From assembly GCA_002392345.1 (NCBI GenBank), contig DGGU01000042.1:14358-78357 (forward strand): a stretch of DNA of 64,000 nucleotides. The letters are read 5' to 3'. Numbering within the stretch: position 1 is the first letter of the stretch; each line of letters opens with the position of its first letter. This stretch comes from Lachnospiraceae bacterium UBA3866. Its GTDB lineage: Bacteria; Bacillota; Clostridia; Lachnospirales; Lachnospiraceae. The translations under genes and the position numbers were made by a program. Below, one piece after another: positions 54,856-63,773 of the stretch. A model generated the notes under the pieces. It had not been told where the DNA came from. It was given only the letters and a program-made list of their open reading frames with translations, and did no database searches.

Positions 54856-56546
54856 TGAATATAAAAGAAGCAAAACAACAAATTAAAAACACTATGATTG
54901 CTTACTTTAGTAAGGATGAGTTCGGCAATTATGTGATACCGGTAGAGAAGCAGAGACCTATATTTATGATAGGAGCTCCCGGTATAGGAAAGACTGCAAT
55001 TATGAAACAAATTGCAGAGGAACTTAACGTGGGACTCGTATCTTATTCTATGACTCATCATACAAGACAGAGTGCACTTGGACTTCCTATCATAGAAAAG
55101 AAAGTGTATGACAATGTTGAGTACAATATATCAAGATACTCTATGAGCGAAATCATAGCAGCAACTTATGATTTGATGGAAGAGACTGGGTATAAGGAGG
55201 GCATACTATTCCTTGATGAGATCAACTGCGTATCAGAGACACTTGCTCCATCTATGCTTCAGTTTCTTCAATATAAGATATTTGGTCAGCATAGTCTTCC
55301 AAGTGGCTGGATAGTTGTGACTGCTGGCAACCCACCAGAGTATAATAAATCAGTTAAGGAATATGATATAGTTACACTTGATAGATTAAAGGTTTTAAAT
55401 GTAGAACCCGATTATGAGGTTTGGAAAGAATATGCTTTAAATAATAACATACATGGTAGCATAATAAGTTTTCTTGACATTAAGAACGAGTGCTTCTATA
55501 TAGTTGAGACTACAACTGAAGGTAAAAATTATGTGACTGCTCGTGGTTGGGAAGATCTTTCAAAGATGATTGACATATATGAAGCAAAGGATATCAAAAT
55601 TGATGAAATATTAATATCAGAGTATATTCACCATAAAAATATTGCTAAAGAATTTGCAGTGTATTATGACCTATATAATAAATACAAATCAGATTATAAG
55701 GTTTATGATATAGTGAATGGGAATGCAAGCGAAGAGATAAAGGATAGAGCTAAAAAGGCAAAATTTGATGAGAGGATCTCTCTTCTTGGACTTCTCATAG
55801 ATAATATAAGTGATAGCATGACGAATGTTGTTGATATGGATATCTGTCTCATGGAATATAGAGAGATACTAAAGCACATAAAGGCTGAGATAACAGGTGA
55901 CTTTACTAAGATAAAAGAAGAAGAGAAAAAACTCAAAGAAAAATATGAGGCAAGTGGCTATGACATAGAACATGAAGTTGATCTACTTGCGAGTGGAGTT
56001 GAGGTTGGAGAAAATAACTCTCAATTAAAAGTAAGAGTCAAAAAAGATCCTAAGGCTGATGCTGATAAGTATAAAAAGCTTGATTATATGACTTCTTTAA
56101 ATAAGCACATACTTGAAGAAAGGGATAAATTAAAGAAATTCATGCTAAGCGGAGCCCTCACAAAAGACGACAACAAGAAGTTCAATTGGACTATAAAAAC
56201 TCTTATGTATATGCTTGCAGAATTGAAAAATGAGAATATATTGAGTGATGATACTGCTCTTCAGCTTATAGAGAGGGATTACGAGGCCAAAGTTAAGACA
56301 CATAAGGATAATGTATCGCTCGTAAAGTCTCATATAGAAAATGTATTTGATTTTGTAGAAAAAGTGTATGGAAATGGCCAAGAGATGGTGGTACTTGTGG
56401 CAGAACTTACAACGAGATATAATGCGGCAAGGTTTATAAGCACTTTTGGCTCAGATTCGTATTTTAAGTACAATAAAGAGATACTTTTTTATGAGCGAAA
56501 AGAAGAGTTGACTAAGAAGATTGAGGAACTTGAGAGTAATAAATGA
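54855..56546 (+). CDS. MoxR/AAA_5-type ATPase with long helical C-terminal region
   Basis: Walker A GAPGIGKT, Walker B ILFLDEIN. Start ATG 54855 overlaps the upstream stop (TAATG), after GGAGGA. Confidence 0.8.
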   Translation: MNIKEAKQQIKNTMIAYFSKDEFGNYVIPVEKQRPIFMIGAPGIGKTAIMKQIAEELNVGLVSYSMTHHTRQSALGLPIIEKKVYDNVEYNISRYSMSEIIAATYDLMEETGYKEGILFLDEINCVSETLAPSMLQFLQYKIFGQHSLPSGWIVVTAGNPPEYNKSVKEYDIVTLDRLKVLNVEPDYEVWKEYALNNNIHGSIISFLDIKNECFYIVETTTEGKNYVTARGWEDLSKMIDIYEAKDIKIDEILISEYIHHKNIAKEFAVYYDLYNKYKSDYKVYDIVNGNASEEIKDRAKKAKFDERISLLGLLIDNISDSMTNVVDMDICLMEYREILKHIKAEITGDFTKIKEEEKKLKEKYEASGYDIEHEVDLLASGVEVGENNSQLKVRVKKDPKADADKYKKLDYMTSLNKHILEERDKLKKFMLSGALTKDDNKKFNWTIKTLMYMLAELKNENILSDDTALQLIERDYEAKVKTHKDNVSLVKSHIENVFDFVEKVYGNGQEMVVLVAELTTRYNAARFISTFGSDSYFKYNKEILFYERKEELTKKIEELESNK

Positions 56547-56549
56547 TAT

Positions 56550-56578
56550 TTGAAATAGTACTTTATATATGATATTAT
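56550..56578 (+). promoter_or_regulatory. Candidate sigma-A promoter of the desulfoferrodoxin gene
   Basis: TTGAAA, 17 nt, TATTAT. Confidence 0.45.
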
Positions 56579-56617
56579 ATATACGAATTAGTAAAATATA
56601 TTTTAAGGAGGTATGTT

Positions 56618-56989
56618 ATGAATTTTTTTAAGTGTGAAAAATGCGGTAAGATAGTTGCATTAGTTAAGAGTAGTGCTTGTGACACTATCATGTGTTGTGG
56701 TGAGCCAATGAAAGAGATAGTTGCCAATACTGTAGATGCAGCAAAAGAGAAACACGTACCTGTATATAAAGTTGAAGGTAATGTTGTTACTGTATGTGTA
56801 GGTGATGTTGCTCATCCTATGACTGAAGAGCATCTTATAGAGTGGGTAGCCTTAGAAACTGAGCAAGGTAATCAAAGGAAGCTTCTAAAAGCAGGTCAAG
56901 AGCCTAAGGTGACATTTGCATTGGTTGATGGAGATAAAGTGAAATCAGTATATGCATACTGCAACCTCCATGGACTCTGGAAAGCATAG
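56618..56989 (+). CDS. dfx: Desulfoferrodoxin (2Fe superoxide reductase)
   Basis: Desulforedoxin-type CEKCGK...MCCGEPM N-terminal domain; SOR centre EKHVP...H...CNLHG. Confidence 0.9.
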   Translation: MNFFKCEKCGKIVALVKSSACDTIMCCGEPMKEIVANTVDAAKEKHVPVYKVEGNVVTVCVGDVAHPMTEEHLIEWVALETEQGNQRKLLKAGQEPKVTFALVDGDKVKSVYAYCNLHGLWKA

Positions 56990-57820
56990 ATGAGAGGCTA
57001 TATATTGATGTTAAAAAAATGTCTAAACATTATACTTGTAATTTTAATGCCGATAATTCTTTCATCTTGTTTGAAGACAGCGGAATTATCTAAGAAAAAT
57101 TATTCTATTGATACAATCACAGAAGACGATAGGATTAAAGTAGACCCAGATAACCCTGACAGGATAGCTGTCAATCTTGATGCAGATTTTTTTGACACAG
57201 TGGAACTTGGCACACTTGATGGTAAACCAATCACTTGGTATATCATTATAAGTGATGACGAACATCAGATTCTCATGAGTAAATATATTATAGACACAAA
57301 ACCATACAATGAGGAAAATGTCAAGGTGGAATGGTCAGACTCTACACTTTATGATTATCTCAATTCAGATTTCTTTAATGAATGCTTTAACAAAGAAGAA
57401 CAAGAAAAGATCCTATTTATCAATGAGGAAGATGATGCGAGAGTTACTATGCCATCGCTCAATAACCTTATAGACTTATACGGAGAGATCTTCTATATGC
57501 CTAATTCTTATTATGGTGATCCTAATTCTTTTGATTGCAACCCTTTGATTATTGCTAAACCTACTGCTAGGGCTACCTATAATGAGATAGAGGTATTTGA
57601 CAATGAGACATTTGCTGAAATTATGCAGACTGATCTAGACTCAAGATATAATTTTGCAAATGGCGCAGCAACTTATTGGGTACTTGATACAGATGAAGAA
57701 TCGAATGATGCGTATTATGTATCAGCGACTGGATTCATCAATCATCTGCCGCCTAATACGATGTATATAGGTTTTAGACCGATTATAAGGATTAAAAGTG
57801 AGGATTCACTTGACAATTAA
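56990..57820 (+). CDS. Lipoprotein, DUF6273-like
   Basis: Lipobox ILSSC (an alternative start is MLKKC at 57008). The body ITWYIIISDDEHQILMSKYIIDTKPYNEE...WSDSTLYDYLNSDFFNECF resembles DUF6273 proteins. Confidence 0.55.
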   Translation: MRGYILMLKKCLNIILVILMPIILSSCLKTAELSKKNYSIDTITEDDRIKVDPDNPDRIAVNLDADFFDTVELGTLDGKPITWYIIISDDEHQILMSKYIIDTKPYNEENVKVEWSDSTLYDYLNSDFFNECFNKEEQEKILFINEEDDARVTMPSLNNLIDLYGEIFYMPNSYYGDPNSFDCNPLIIAKPTARATYNEIEVFDNETFAEIMQTDLDSRYNFANGAATYWVLDTDEESNDAYYVSATGFINHLPPNTMYIGFRPIIRIKSEDSLDN

Positions 57821-57838
57821 TCCGTTTCGTAGTATACT
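57810..57838 (+). promoter_or_regulatory. Sigma-A promoter of dnaJ
   Basis: TTGACA, 17 nt, TATACT, immediately upstream of the CIRCE element. Confidence 0.6.
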
Positions 57839-57839
57839 A

Positions 57840-57866
57840 TTAGCACTCACATATGGTGAGTGCTAC
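57840..57866 (+). promoter_or_regulatory. CIRCE element (HrcA operator)
   Basis: TTAGCACTC-N9-GAGTGCTAC matches 17/18 positions of the consensus TTAGCACTC-N9-GAGTGCTAA. Confidence 0.9.
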
Positions 57867-57918
57867 TTTATTTATAAGGGCTTTTGTTTTAAGAGCCTAT
57901 AAAGGAGACTACTTACTT

Positions 57919-59037
57919 ATGGCAGAAAAAAGAGATTACTATGAAGTGCTTGGGGTATCCAAATCTGCAAGTGCTGATGAAATTAAAAAAGCATATAGAG
58001 CATTAGCCAAGAAATATCATCCAGATGCAAATCCTGGAGATAAGACTGCAGAAGCGAAGTTTAAAGAAGCTTCAGAAGCTTATGCTGTGCTTTCTGATCC
58101 AGATAAGAAGAAGGCATATGATACATATGGTCATGCTGCATTTGATCCAAACTCAGCTGCTGGTGCTGCATCAGGTTTTGGTGGCTTTGACTTTGGCTCT
58201 ATGGACTTTTCTGATATATTTGAAGATTTATTTGGCAGCGCTTTTGGTGGAGGCTTCAGTGGATTTTCATCTTATGGCGGAAGAAGAGACTCAAGGCCAA
58301 GACAAGGCGATAGTATAAGGACAAGAATTTCTATAACATTTGATGAAGCAATGAAAGGCTGCACAAAGCAAGTGACGATACCTTATCTTGAAGAGTGTTC
58401 ATCTTGCCATGGCACAGGTGCCAAAGCTGGTACAAGTCCAGTTACTTGCAGTAGATGTGGAGGTCGCGGTCAAGTCGCAGTAAAACAGAGAACACCATTT
58501 GGCATGATGCAATCTGTATCAACTTGTCCAGAGTGTAATGGAACAGGACAGGTTATTAAAGAAAAATGTGGCAGCTGTAATGGCACAGGATATAACAAAA
58601 CAAATAAGACATTTGAGGTAACTATACCTGCAGGAATAGATAATGGCCAATCAGTTAGACTTAGCGGCAAAGGTAATCCTGGTGAAAATGGAGGCAGTAG
58701 AGGAGATCTGCTTGTGGCCGTTAGTGTAGCTCAGCATCCAATACTTAAGAGACAAGGCATCAATATCTATTCAACTGTATCTATAGATTATCCAACTGCT
58801 GTCTTAGGTGGAGAAACTAAAGTTAAAACTGCAGATGGTGATGTCATGCTTACAATAAAGCCAGGGACTCAAAGTGATGTAAAGATGAGACTTAAAGGAA
58901 AAGGCGTTCCACAGCTTAGAAATCCTAAGATGAGAGGAGATCAGATAGTGACAGTTGTGGTAAATGTGCCAACCAACCTTACAAAAGAGCAGAAAACTGC
59001 CCTTGAAAACTACCGAGCTACACTTAGCAATAATTAA
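57919..59037 (+). CDS. dnaJ: Molecular chaperone DnaJ
   Basis: J domain with HPD (KKYHPDAN), a G/F-rich region, four CxxCxGxG motifs, and a C-terminal substrate-binding domain. Start ATG 57919, after AAAGGAG. Confidence 0.9.
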   Translation: MAEKRDYYEVLGVSKSASADEIKKAYRALAKKYHPDANPGDKTAEAKFKEASEAYAVLSDPDKKKAYDTYGHAAFDPNSAAGAASGFGGFDFGSMDFSDIFEDLFGSAFGGGFSGFSSYGGRRDSRPRQGDSIRTRISITFDEAMKGCTKQVTIPYLEECSSCHGTGAKAGTSPVTCSRCGGRGQVAVKQRTPFGMMQSVSTCPECNGTGQVIKEKCGSCNGTGYNKTNKTFEVTIPAGIDNGQSVRLSGKGNPGENGGSRGDLLVAVSVAQHPILKRQGINIYSTVSIDYPTAVLGGETKVKTADGDVMLTIKPGTQSDVKMRLKGKGVPQLRNPKMRGDQIVTVVVNVPTNLTKEQKTALENYRATLSNN

Positions 59038-59198
59038 AATAGTATTAGGGAACCTCTAAAAAGGAGCATTTTTGAAAGCTTGCTTTCATAAAATGCGACG
59101 AATTTAAGGTTACAGTTGGGCACACACTCGAAAAACGGAGTTTTTCGAGGTGCCCATTAATAATCTATAGTATGATTGCAAGAAAATATGTTATATGA

Positions 59199-59204
59199 TA
59201 AAAT
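59199..59204 (+). promoter_or_regulatory. -10 box of candidate darA promoter (TTGCAA at 59176, 17 nt, TAAAAT)
   Basis: Consensus-like hexamers with 17-nt spacing, 38 nt before the ATG. Confidence 0.4.
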
Positions 59205-59241
59205 ATTAACATAACGATATGCGATAAAAAGGAGGTGCGCT

Positions 59242-59574
59242 ATGAAACTTATGTACATAATAGTTAGACAGGACAATGAATCAGATGTAGTAAATGCTCT
59301 TATCAAAGAAAACTATAGGATTACTAAACTTGCCACTTCAGGAGGTTTTTTAAGACGTGGTAACACTACTCTTTTTAGCTGTGTAGAAGATAGCGATGTT
59401 GATAAGGCCATAGATATAGTGAAGGCTGAGTGTGGAAAGAGACAGAAGATTCAAGTTGATATGCCGGTGAACCTCCCATCAACAGCCATTAATTATACGA
59501 CCTTACCTACAACGATAGAAATTGGTGGTGCAACGATTATAGTCACAGATGTATGCAAGTTTGAAAAATTTTAA
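59242..59574 (+). CDS. darA: PII-like cyclic-di-AMP receptor (DarA/PstA, DUF970)
   Basis: 110 aa; MKLMYIIVRQDN...ITKLATSGGFLRRGNTTLF is the family signature. Confidence 0.8.
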   Translation: MKLMYIIVRQDNESDVVNALIKENYRITKLATSGGFLRRGNTTLFSCVEDSDVDKAIDIVKAECGKRQKIQVDMPVNLPSTAINYTTLPTTIEIGGATIIVTDVCKFEKF

Positions 59575-59585
59575 TAAAAGGAAAT

Positions 59586-59618
59586 AAAAAAATAGCAGGC
59601 TGATGACCTGCTATTTTT
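59586..59618. terminator. Bidirectional rho-independent terminator
   Basis: AAAAAATAGCAGG-ctgatga-CCTGCTATTTTT between the convergent darA and brnQ genes. Confidence 0.8.
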
Positions 59619-59654
59619 ATGTAAAAATGCTGATTTTCAAAATTCTTTATAAGA

Positions 59655-61004
59655 TTATACTTTTCGTTTTGAAGCACTAGACCAGACTAACCCGAATACA
59701 ACTCCTATGATAGTAGGGACTATCCAACCAAGGCCGAGGCTGTAGAATGGGAAGAAGCGATTGCCGAACATCTGGGCTGTTGTTACAAAATCTTCTGGAA
59801 CTATGCCAACAGGAAGTGCACCGATTAAATCAAATGCTGCTGCTACCATGTTAAAGATAGTTGCTACTACAAATACTTTTTTGTCATAATTGAAGAACCT
59901 GCCGAAAAGCGCAAGTAGGATTATGCTTATAGTGAGTGGATATAAGAACATAAGTACTGGCACCGCCCAAGTTATAATTGCATCAAGGCCGAAGTTAGAT
60001 ACTACGAATGAAAAAACAGTGAATATGATAGCCCAAGTTTTCTCACTTATGAAATTAGGAAACATAGTGTGGAACATCTCAGAACAACTAATTACAAGTG
60101 AAAGAGCAGTTTTTAAGCAGGCAAGAGTGACTGTAGCAAGTAAGAAATATATGCCAAAACGTCCAAAATAATGTTGAGTGATCTCTGATAGAGCAACACC
60201 ACCATTTGATGATACTTCGAATTTTCCAAGACTCATGGTTCCCATGAGAGTTGTGAGCGCATATATAACTGCCATGACAGCACAACCGATAGCACCAGCT
60301 TTTATAGTGTTGACTGCTACATCAGTTTCATTTTTAATTCCAAGATCTCTTACAACTCTTATAACTGTGATACCAAATGCGAGTGATGCTATAGCATCCA
60401 TAGTTCCATATCCTTCAAGGAAACCTTTGAAGAAGGCGTTGCCATTTCCGTAGGCTGCATCTCCTGCATATGAGGTGATATCACCAAGAGGATTGATGAA
60501 AGCTACTACTATAAGTATCACTAAAAAGATAAGGAAGATAGGGTTGATATATTGGCCTACCCATTTCATGATACCACTTGGACGAAGAGAAAAGAAGAGA
60601 ACTATAGCAAAAAATACAAAGGTAAAAATAAGTCTTGGTACAGTCTCTGAACCATTGATAAGTGGAAGCATACCTATGGTAAATGATGTTGATGCACATC
60701 TTGGTATTGCAAAAAATGGTCCTATGGTGAGATATAAGACTATAGTAAGAAAATATCTATACTTGTCGCCGACAAGTCCTGCTAGATCAAATAAACTATC
60801 CTTTTTGCTTATGCCTAGACAAGCAACACCAAGTAGCGGTATGCCGACGCCTGTTAAAATGAAGCCAATGATTGCTGGCCAGACATTAGCACCTGCAAGC
60901 TGTCCCATGTGAACAGGAAAGATAAGATTGCCTGCACCAAAGAACATACCAAAAAGCATACTGCCTACGATAATGCTTTCTTTTAATGTTAGAGATTTTT
61001 TCAT
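59655..61004 (-). CDS. brnQ: Branched-chain amino acid transporter (LIVCS family)
   Basis: 449 aa, 12 TM helices; N-terminal GSMLFGMFFGAGNLIFPVHMGQLAG is the BrnQ signature. Confidence 0.9.
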   Translation of the reverse strand: MKKSLTLKESIIVGSMLFGMFFGAGNLIFPVHMGQLAGANVWPAIIGFILTGVGIPLLGVACLGISKKDSLFDLAGLVGDKYRYFLTIVLYLTIGPFFAIPRCASTSFTIGMLPLINGSETVPRLIFTFVFFAIVLFFSLRPSGIMKWVGQYINPIFLIFLVILIVVAFINPLGDITSYAGDAAYGNGNAFFKGFLEGYGTMDAIASLAFGITVIRVVRDLGIKNETDVAVNTIKAGAIGCAVMAVIYALTTLMGTMSLGKFEVSSNGGVALSEITQHYFGRFGIYFLLATVTLACLKTALSLVISCSEMFHTMFPNFISEKTWAIIFTVFSFVVSNFGLDAIITWAVPVLMFLYPLTISIILLALFGRFFNYDKKVFVVATIFNMVAAAFDLIGALPVGIVPEDFVTTAQMFGNRFFPFYSLGLGWIVPTIIGVVFGLVWSSASKRKV

Positions 61005-61016
61005 ACTTCGCTCCTT

Positions 61017-61895
61017 CTATATATAGTTTTTAAAGTTTTTGATTATGTATTCTTTAAGGTCTGATACTGCTTTTGATTGATAACCATTTTTCCATTCTAT
61101 AATTATAAATCTTTTGCAATTTGGATGATGTATCCTGACAAGTTTTATTCTGTCGTTAGATACTATCTCTTTCCAAGTTATGGATGGGATGATTGCAAAG
61201 CCAAGGCCAGTCTTTATATATTCTTTTATAACATAAGGTGAATTATTTTCAAAACAAAACTTTGGTTTAAAGCCTGCTATATTGCAATAGTAGTCATTGA
61301 TCTCTCGAAGATCTTTATTGGCAGAGAGAGAGATGAGGTTTTCATCTGCAATTTCTGATAAATCTATAGAAGATTTTTTAGCAAGCTTATGTTTTTTCGG
61401 AATAGATACAATAAGATGCTCCTCGAGAAGTCCTTTAACAGTCTTGCCAGGTGTGAACACTGTGTCTGATCTTATAATTAAATCAAAATCATTTTTTCTT
61501 TCTCTATACTCTGTCTTATCAAGCTGGCTGACTTTTATATTGATATTTTTATTGGCTCTCTGATAATCGACTAGAAGTTTTCTCATCTGAGATGAGGCTG
61601 AGTTGACAAGTATAGTCACTGTATTATTAGTCACATTTTTTAGATCATTAATTTCAGAACTTATGCTACTTAATTCATCAAGTATAAGTTTTGTGTGACG
61701 ATGAAGAGCCTCGCCATAAGGACTTAATGTTACATTACGACCTTTTTTAACAAAGAGCTCCACTTTAAGTTCGGATTCAAGAGCTTTTATAGCCCTTGAA
61801 AGTGCAGGTTGAGATACATTTAAGTTTTTGGCTGCCGCAGTAAAATGTGATGTATTTGCCACTTCATTAAAATAGGTTATTTCTGTTAAATTCAT
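61017..61895 (-). CDS. LysR-family transcriptional regulator
   Basis: N-terminal wHTH (FTAAAKNLNVSQPALSRAIKALE) plus a LysR substrate-binding domain. Confidence 0.9.
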   Translation of the reverse strand: MNLTEITYFNEVANTSHFTAAAKNLNVSQPALSRAIKALESELKVELFVKKGRNVTLSPYGEALHRHTKLILDELSSISSEINDLKNVTNNTVTILVNSASSQMRKLLVDYQRANKNINIKVSQLDKTEYRERKNDFDLIIRSDTVFTPGKTVKGLLEEHLIVSIPKKHKLAKKSSIDLSEIADENLISLSANKDLREINDYYCNIAGFKPKFCFENNSPYVIKEYIKTGLGFAIIPSITWKEIVSNDRIKLVRIHHPNCKRFIIIEWKNGYQSKAVSDLKEYIIKNFKNYI

Positions 61896-61983
61896 CTATA
61901 TTTCTCCATTTAAAGTCTAAAATGATATGCTTTTATGTAGGTTCTCTTATTATAATTAAATTGAATTATAATGTCAAGAATCC

Positions 61984-61999
61984 ATAACATTTTAGTTAT
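61984..61999. promoter_or_regulatory. ATAAC-N6-GTTAT dyad (candidate LysR-type T-N11-A box)
   Basis: Inverted repeat in the lysR/mdcA divergent intergenic region. Confidence 0.3.
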
Positions 62000-62111
62000 A
62001 AGGTTATGACTAGAATGAGTATTATTTTTATCTATTTGCTATGCTATAATTAGTAATGTAAATGTAAGAAAAAATTAATATAAAGCATTAGTTAAAAGGG
62101 GGAGGACAACT

Positions 62112-63752
62112 ATGGAGTGGAATAAGAATAAACTCTTGAAAAAAGAGAGAATGAATTCTATTGCTTCATTTTTGGATGGCAAAGTCATAAAGACAAGTGA
62201 CATTGTAGAAGTTTTGAATCGTGTCATAAAACCAGGTGACAATCTTATCTTGGAAGGTGATAATCAAAAGCAAGCATCATTTCTTGCTAAGGCTATGACT
62301 AAAGTTAATCCAAAGGATGTACACGACATACATCTTATCATACCTTCAATATCAAGAGATGAACATCTTGATCTTTTTGAAAAAGGAATTGCATCACTTA
62401 TTGATTTTGCATTTGCAGGAACTCAAAGTCTAAGACTTAGTCAGATGATGAATAGTGGTGTATGTAAAGTTGGTGCTATACATACTTACTTTGAACTTTA
62501 TGCAAGACTCTTTGTTGATCTCATACCTAAGATTTGTCTTGTTGCTGCTGATAGTGCAGATAGAGAAGGCAATCTCTATACAGGAGCCAACACAGAAGAG
62601 ACTCCAACTCTTGTTGAGGCAACTGCATTTAAAGACGGTATCGTTATAGCTCAAGTCAACAAGATAGTCGATAAAGTTCCAAGAGTAGATATACCTGGTG
62701 ATTGGGTTGATGCTATCGTTGAAGCAGATGAACCATTCCCAATGGAACCACTTTTCACAAGAGAACCAGATAAGATAAAGGATCATCACATACTTGAAGC
62801 TATGATGATCATCAAAGGTATATATGAGAAACATCAAGTTATATCACTTAACCATGGTATCGGTTACAATGGCGGTGCTATAGAACTTATACTTCCAACT
62901 TATGGAGAGGAACTTGGACTCAAGGGAAAGATATGTAAGAACTGGGTTCTCAACCCGCATCCAACACTTATCCCAGCAATTGAAGCGGGATGGGTTGAGT
63001 CAGTATATGCATTCGGCGGTGAGACTGGTATGAGTAGATATACTGCTGCTCGTCCAGATATATTCTTCACAGGTCGCGATGGCATGATGAGATCTAATCG
63101 TCCACTTGCACAGCTTGCAGGACTTTATGCTATGGATCTGTTCCTCGGTGCAACTCTTCAGCTTGATTACTTTGGTAACTCATCAACTGTCACAGGCAAT
63201 CGTGTATCAGGATTTGGTGGTGCTCCTAACATGGGACATGACTCAGGTGGAAGAAGACATTCTACTCCTGCTTGGTCAGCAATGAAAGATCCTAATCGTC
63301 CACTTCGTGGTGGAAGAAAACTCGTAGTTCAGATTGTATCTACAAGTTATAAGAACAAAGAAGGAAAAGTAATACCTTGTATAGTGCCTGAACTTGATGC
63401 AGTTAGAGTAGGAAAAGAAACTGGCATGCCTATAACACCAGTTATGATATATGGAGAAGATGTAACTCATGTAGTTACAGAGCAAGGTATAGCATATACA
63501 TATATGGCTAAGACCAATGAAGAGAGACGAGAGCTGATAGCAGCTGTATCGCGTGGTATACCTATAGAAAGTTATTGTAGCGATAAGAGAAGAGAAGAAC
63601 TCATCAATGAAGGAAAGATAGCGTTCCCTGAGACTCTCGGCATAGATAGAGGAAGAGCCAATAAGGAGCTTCTGGCAGCTAAGAACCTAGAGGAGATAAG
63701 AGAGATATCAGGTGGACTTTATGATATACCAGAGAAATTCTTGGCAAAGTAG
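62112..63752 (+). CDS. mdcA: Malonate decarboxylase alpha subunit-like acyl/CoA transferase (MdcA/MadA family)
   Basis: 546 aa. The N-terminus (KKERMNSIASFLDGKVIKTSDIVEVLNRVIKPGDNLILEGDNQKQASFLA) and overall length are typical of MdcA. Confidence 0.7.
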   Translation: MEWNKNKLLKKERMNSIASFLDGKVIKTSDIVEVLNRVIKPGDNLILEGDNQKQASFLAKAMTKVNPKDVHDIHLIIPSISRDEHLDLFEKGIASLIDFAFAGTQSLRLSQMMNSGVCKVGAIHTYFELYARLFVDLIPKICLVAADSADREGNLYTGANTEETPTLVEATAFKDGIVIAQVNKIVDKVPRVDIPGDWVDAIVEADEPFPMEPLFTREPDKIKDHHILEAMMIIKGIYEKHQVISLNHGIGYNGGAIELILPTYGEELGLKGKICKNWVLNPHPTLIPAIEAGWVESVYAFGGETGMSRYTAARPDIFFTGRDGMMRSNRPLAQLAGLYAMDLFLGATLQLDYFGNSSTVTGNRVSGFGGAPNMGHDSGGRRHSTPAWSAMKDPNRPLRGGRKLVVQIVSTSYKNKEGKVIPCIVPELDAVRVGKETGMPITPVMIYGEDVTHVVTEQGIAYTYMAKTNEERRELIAAVSRGIPIESYCSDKRREELINEGKIAFPETLGIDRGRANKELLAAKNLEEIREISGGLYDIPEKFLAK

Positions 63753-63773
63753 AAATAAAGGAGGAAAGAATTA

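Noticed and set aside
58025-58318. 97-aa ORF in an alternative frame of dnaJ, and a 67-aa ORF at 23928..24131 inside the zinc-ribbon gene.
   Set aside because: These are same-strand overlapping frames with no start signals, and the host frames carry unmistakable domain motifs.
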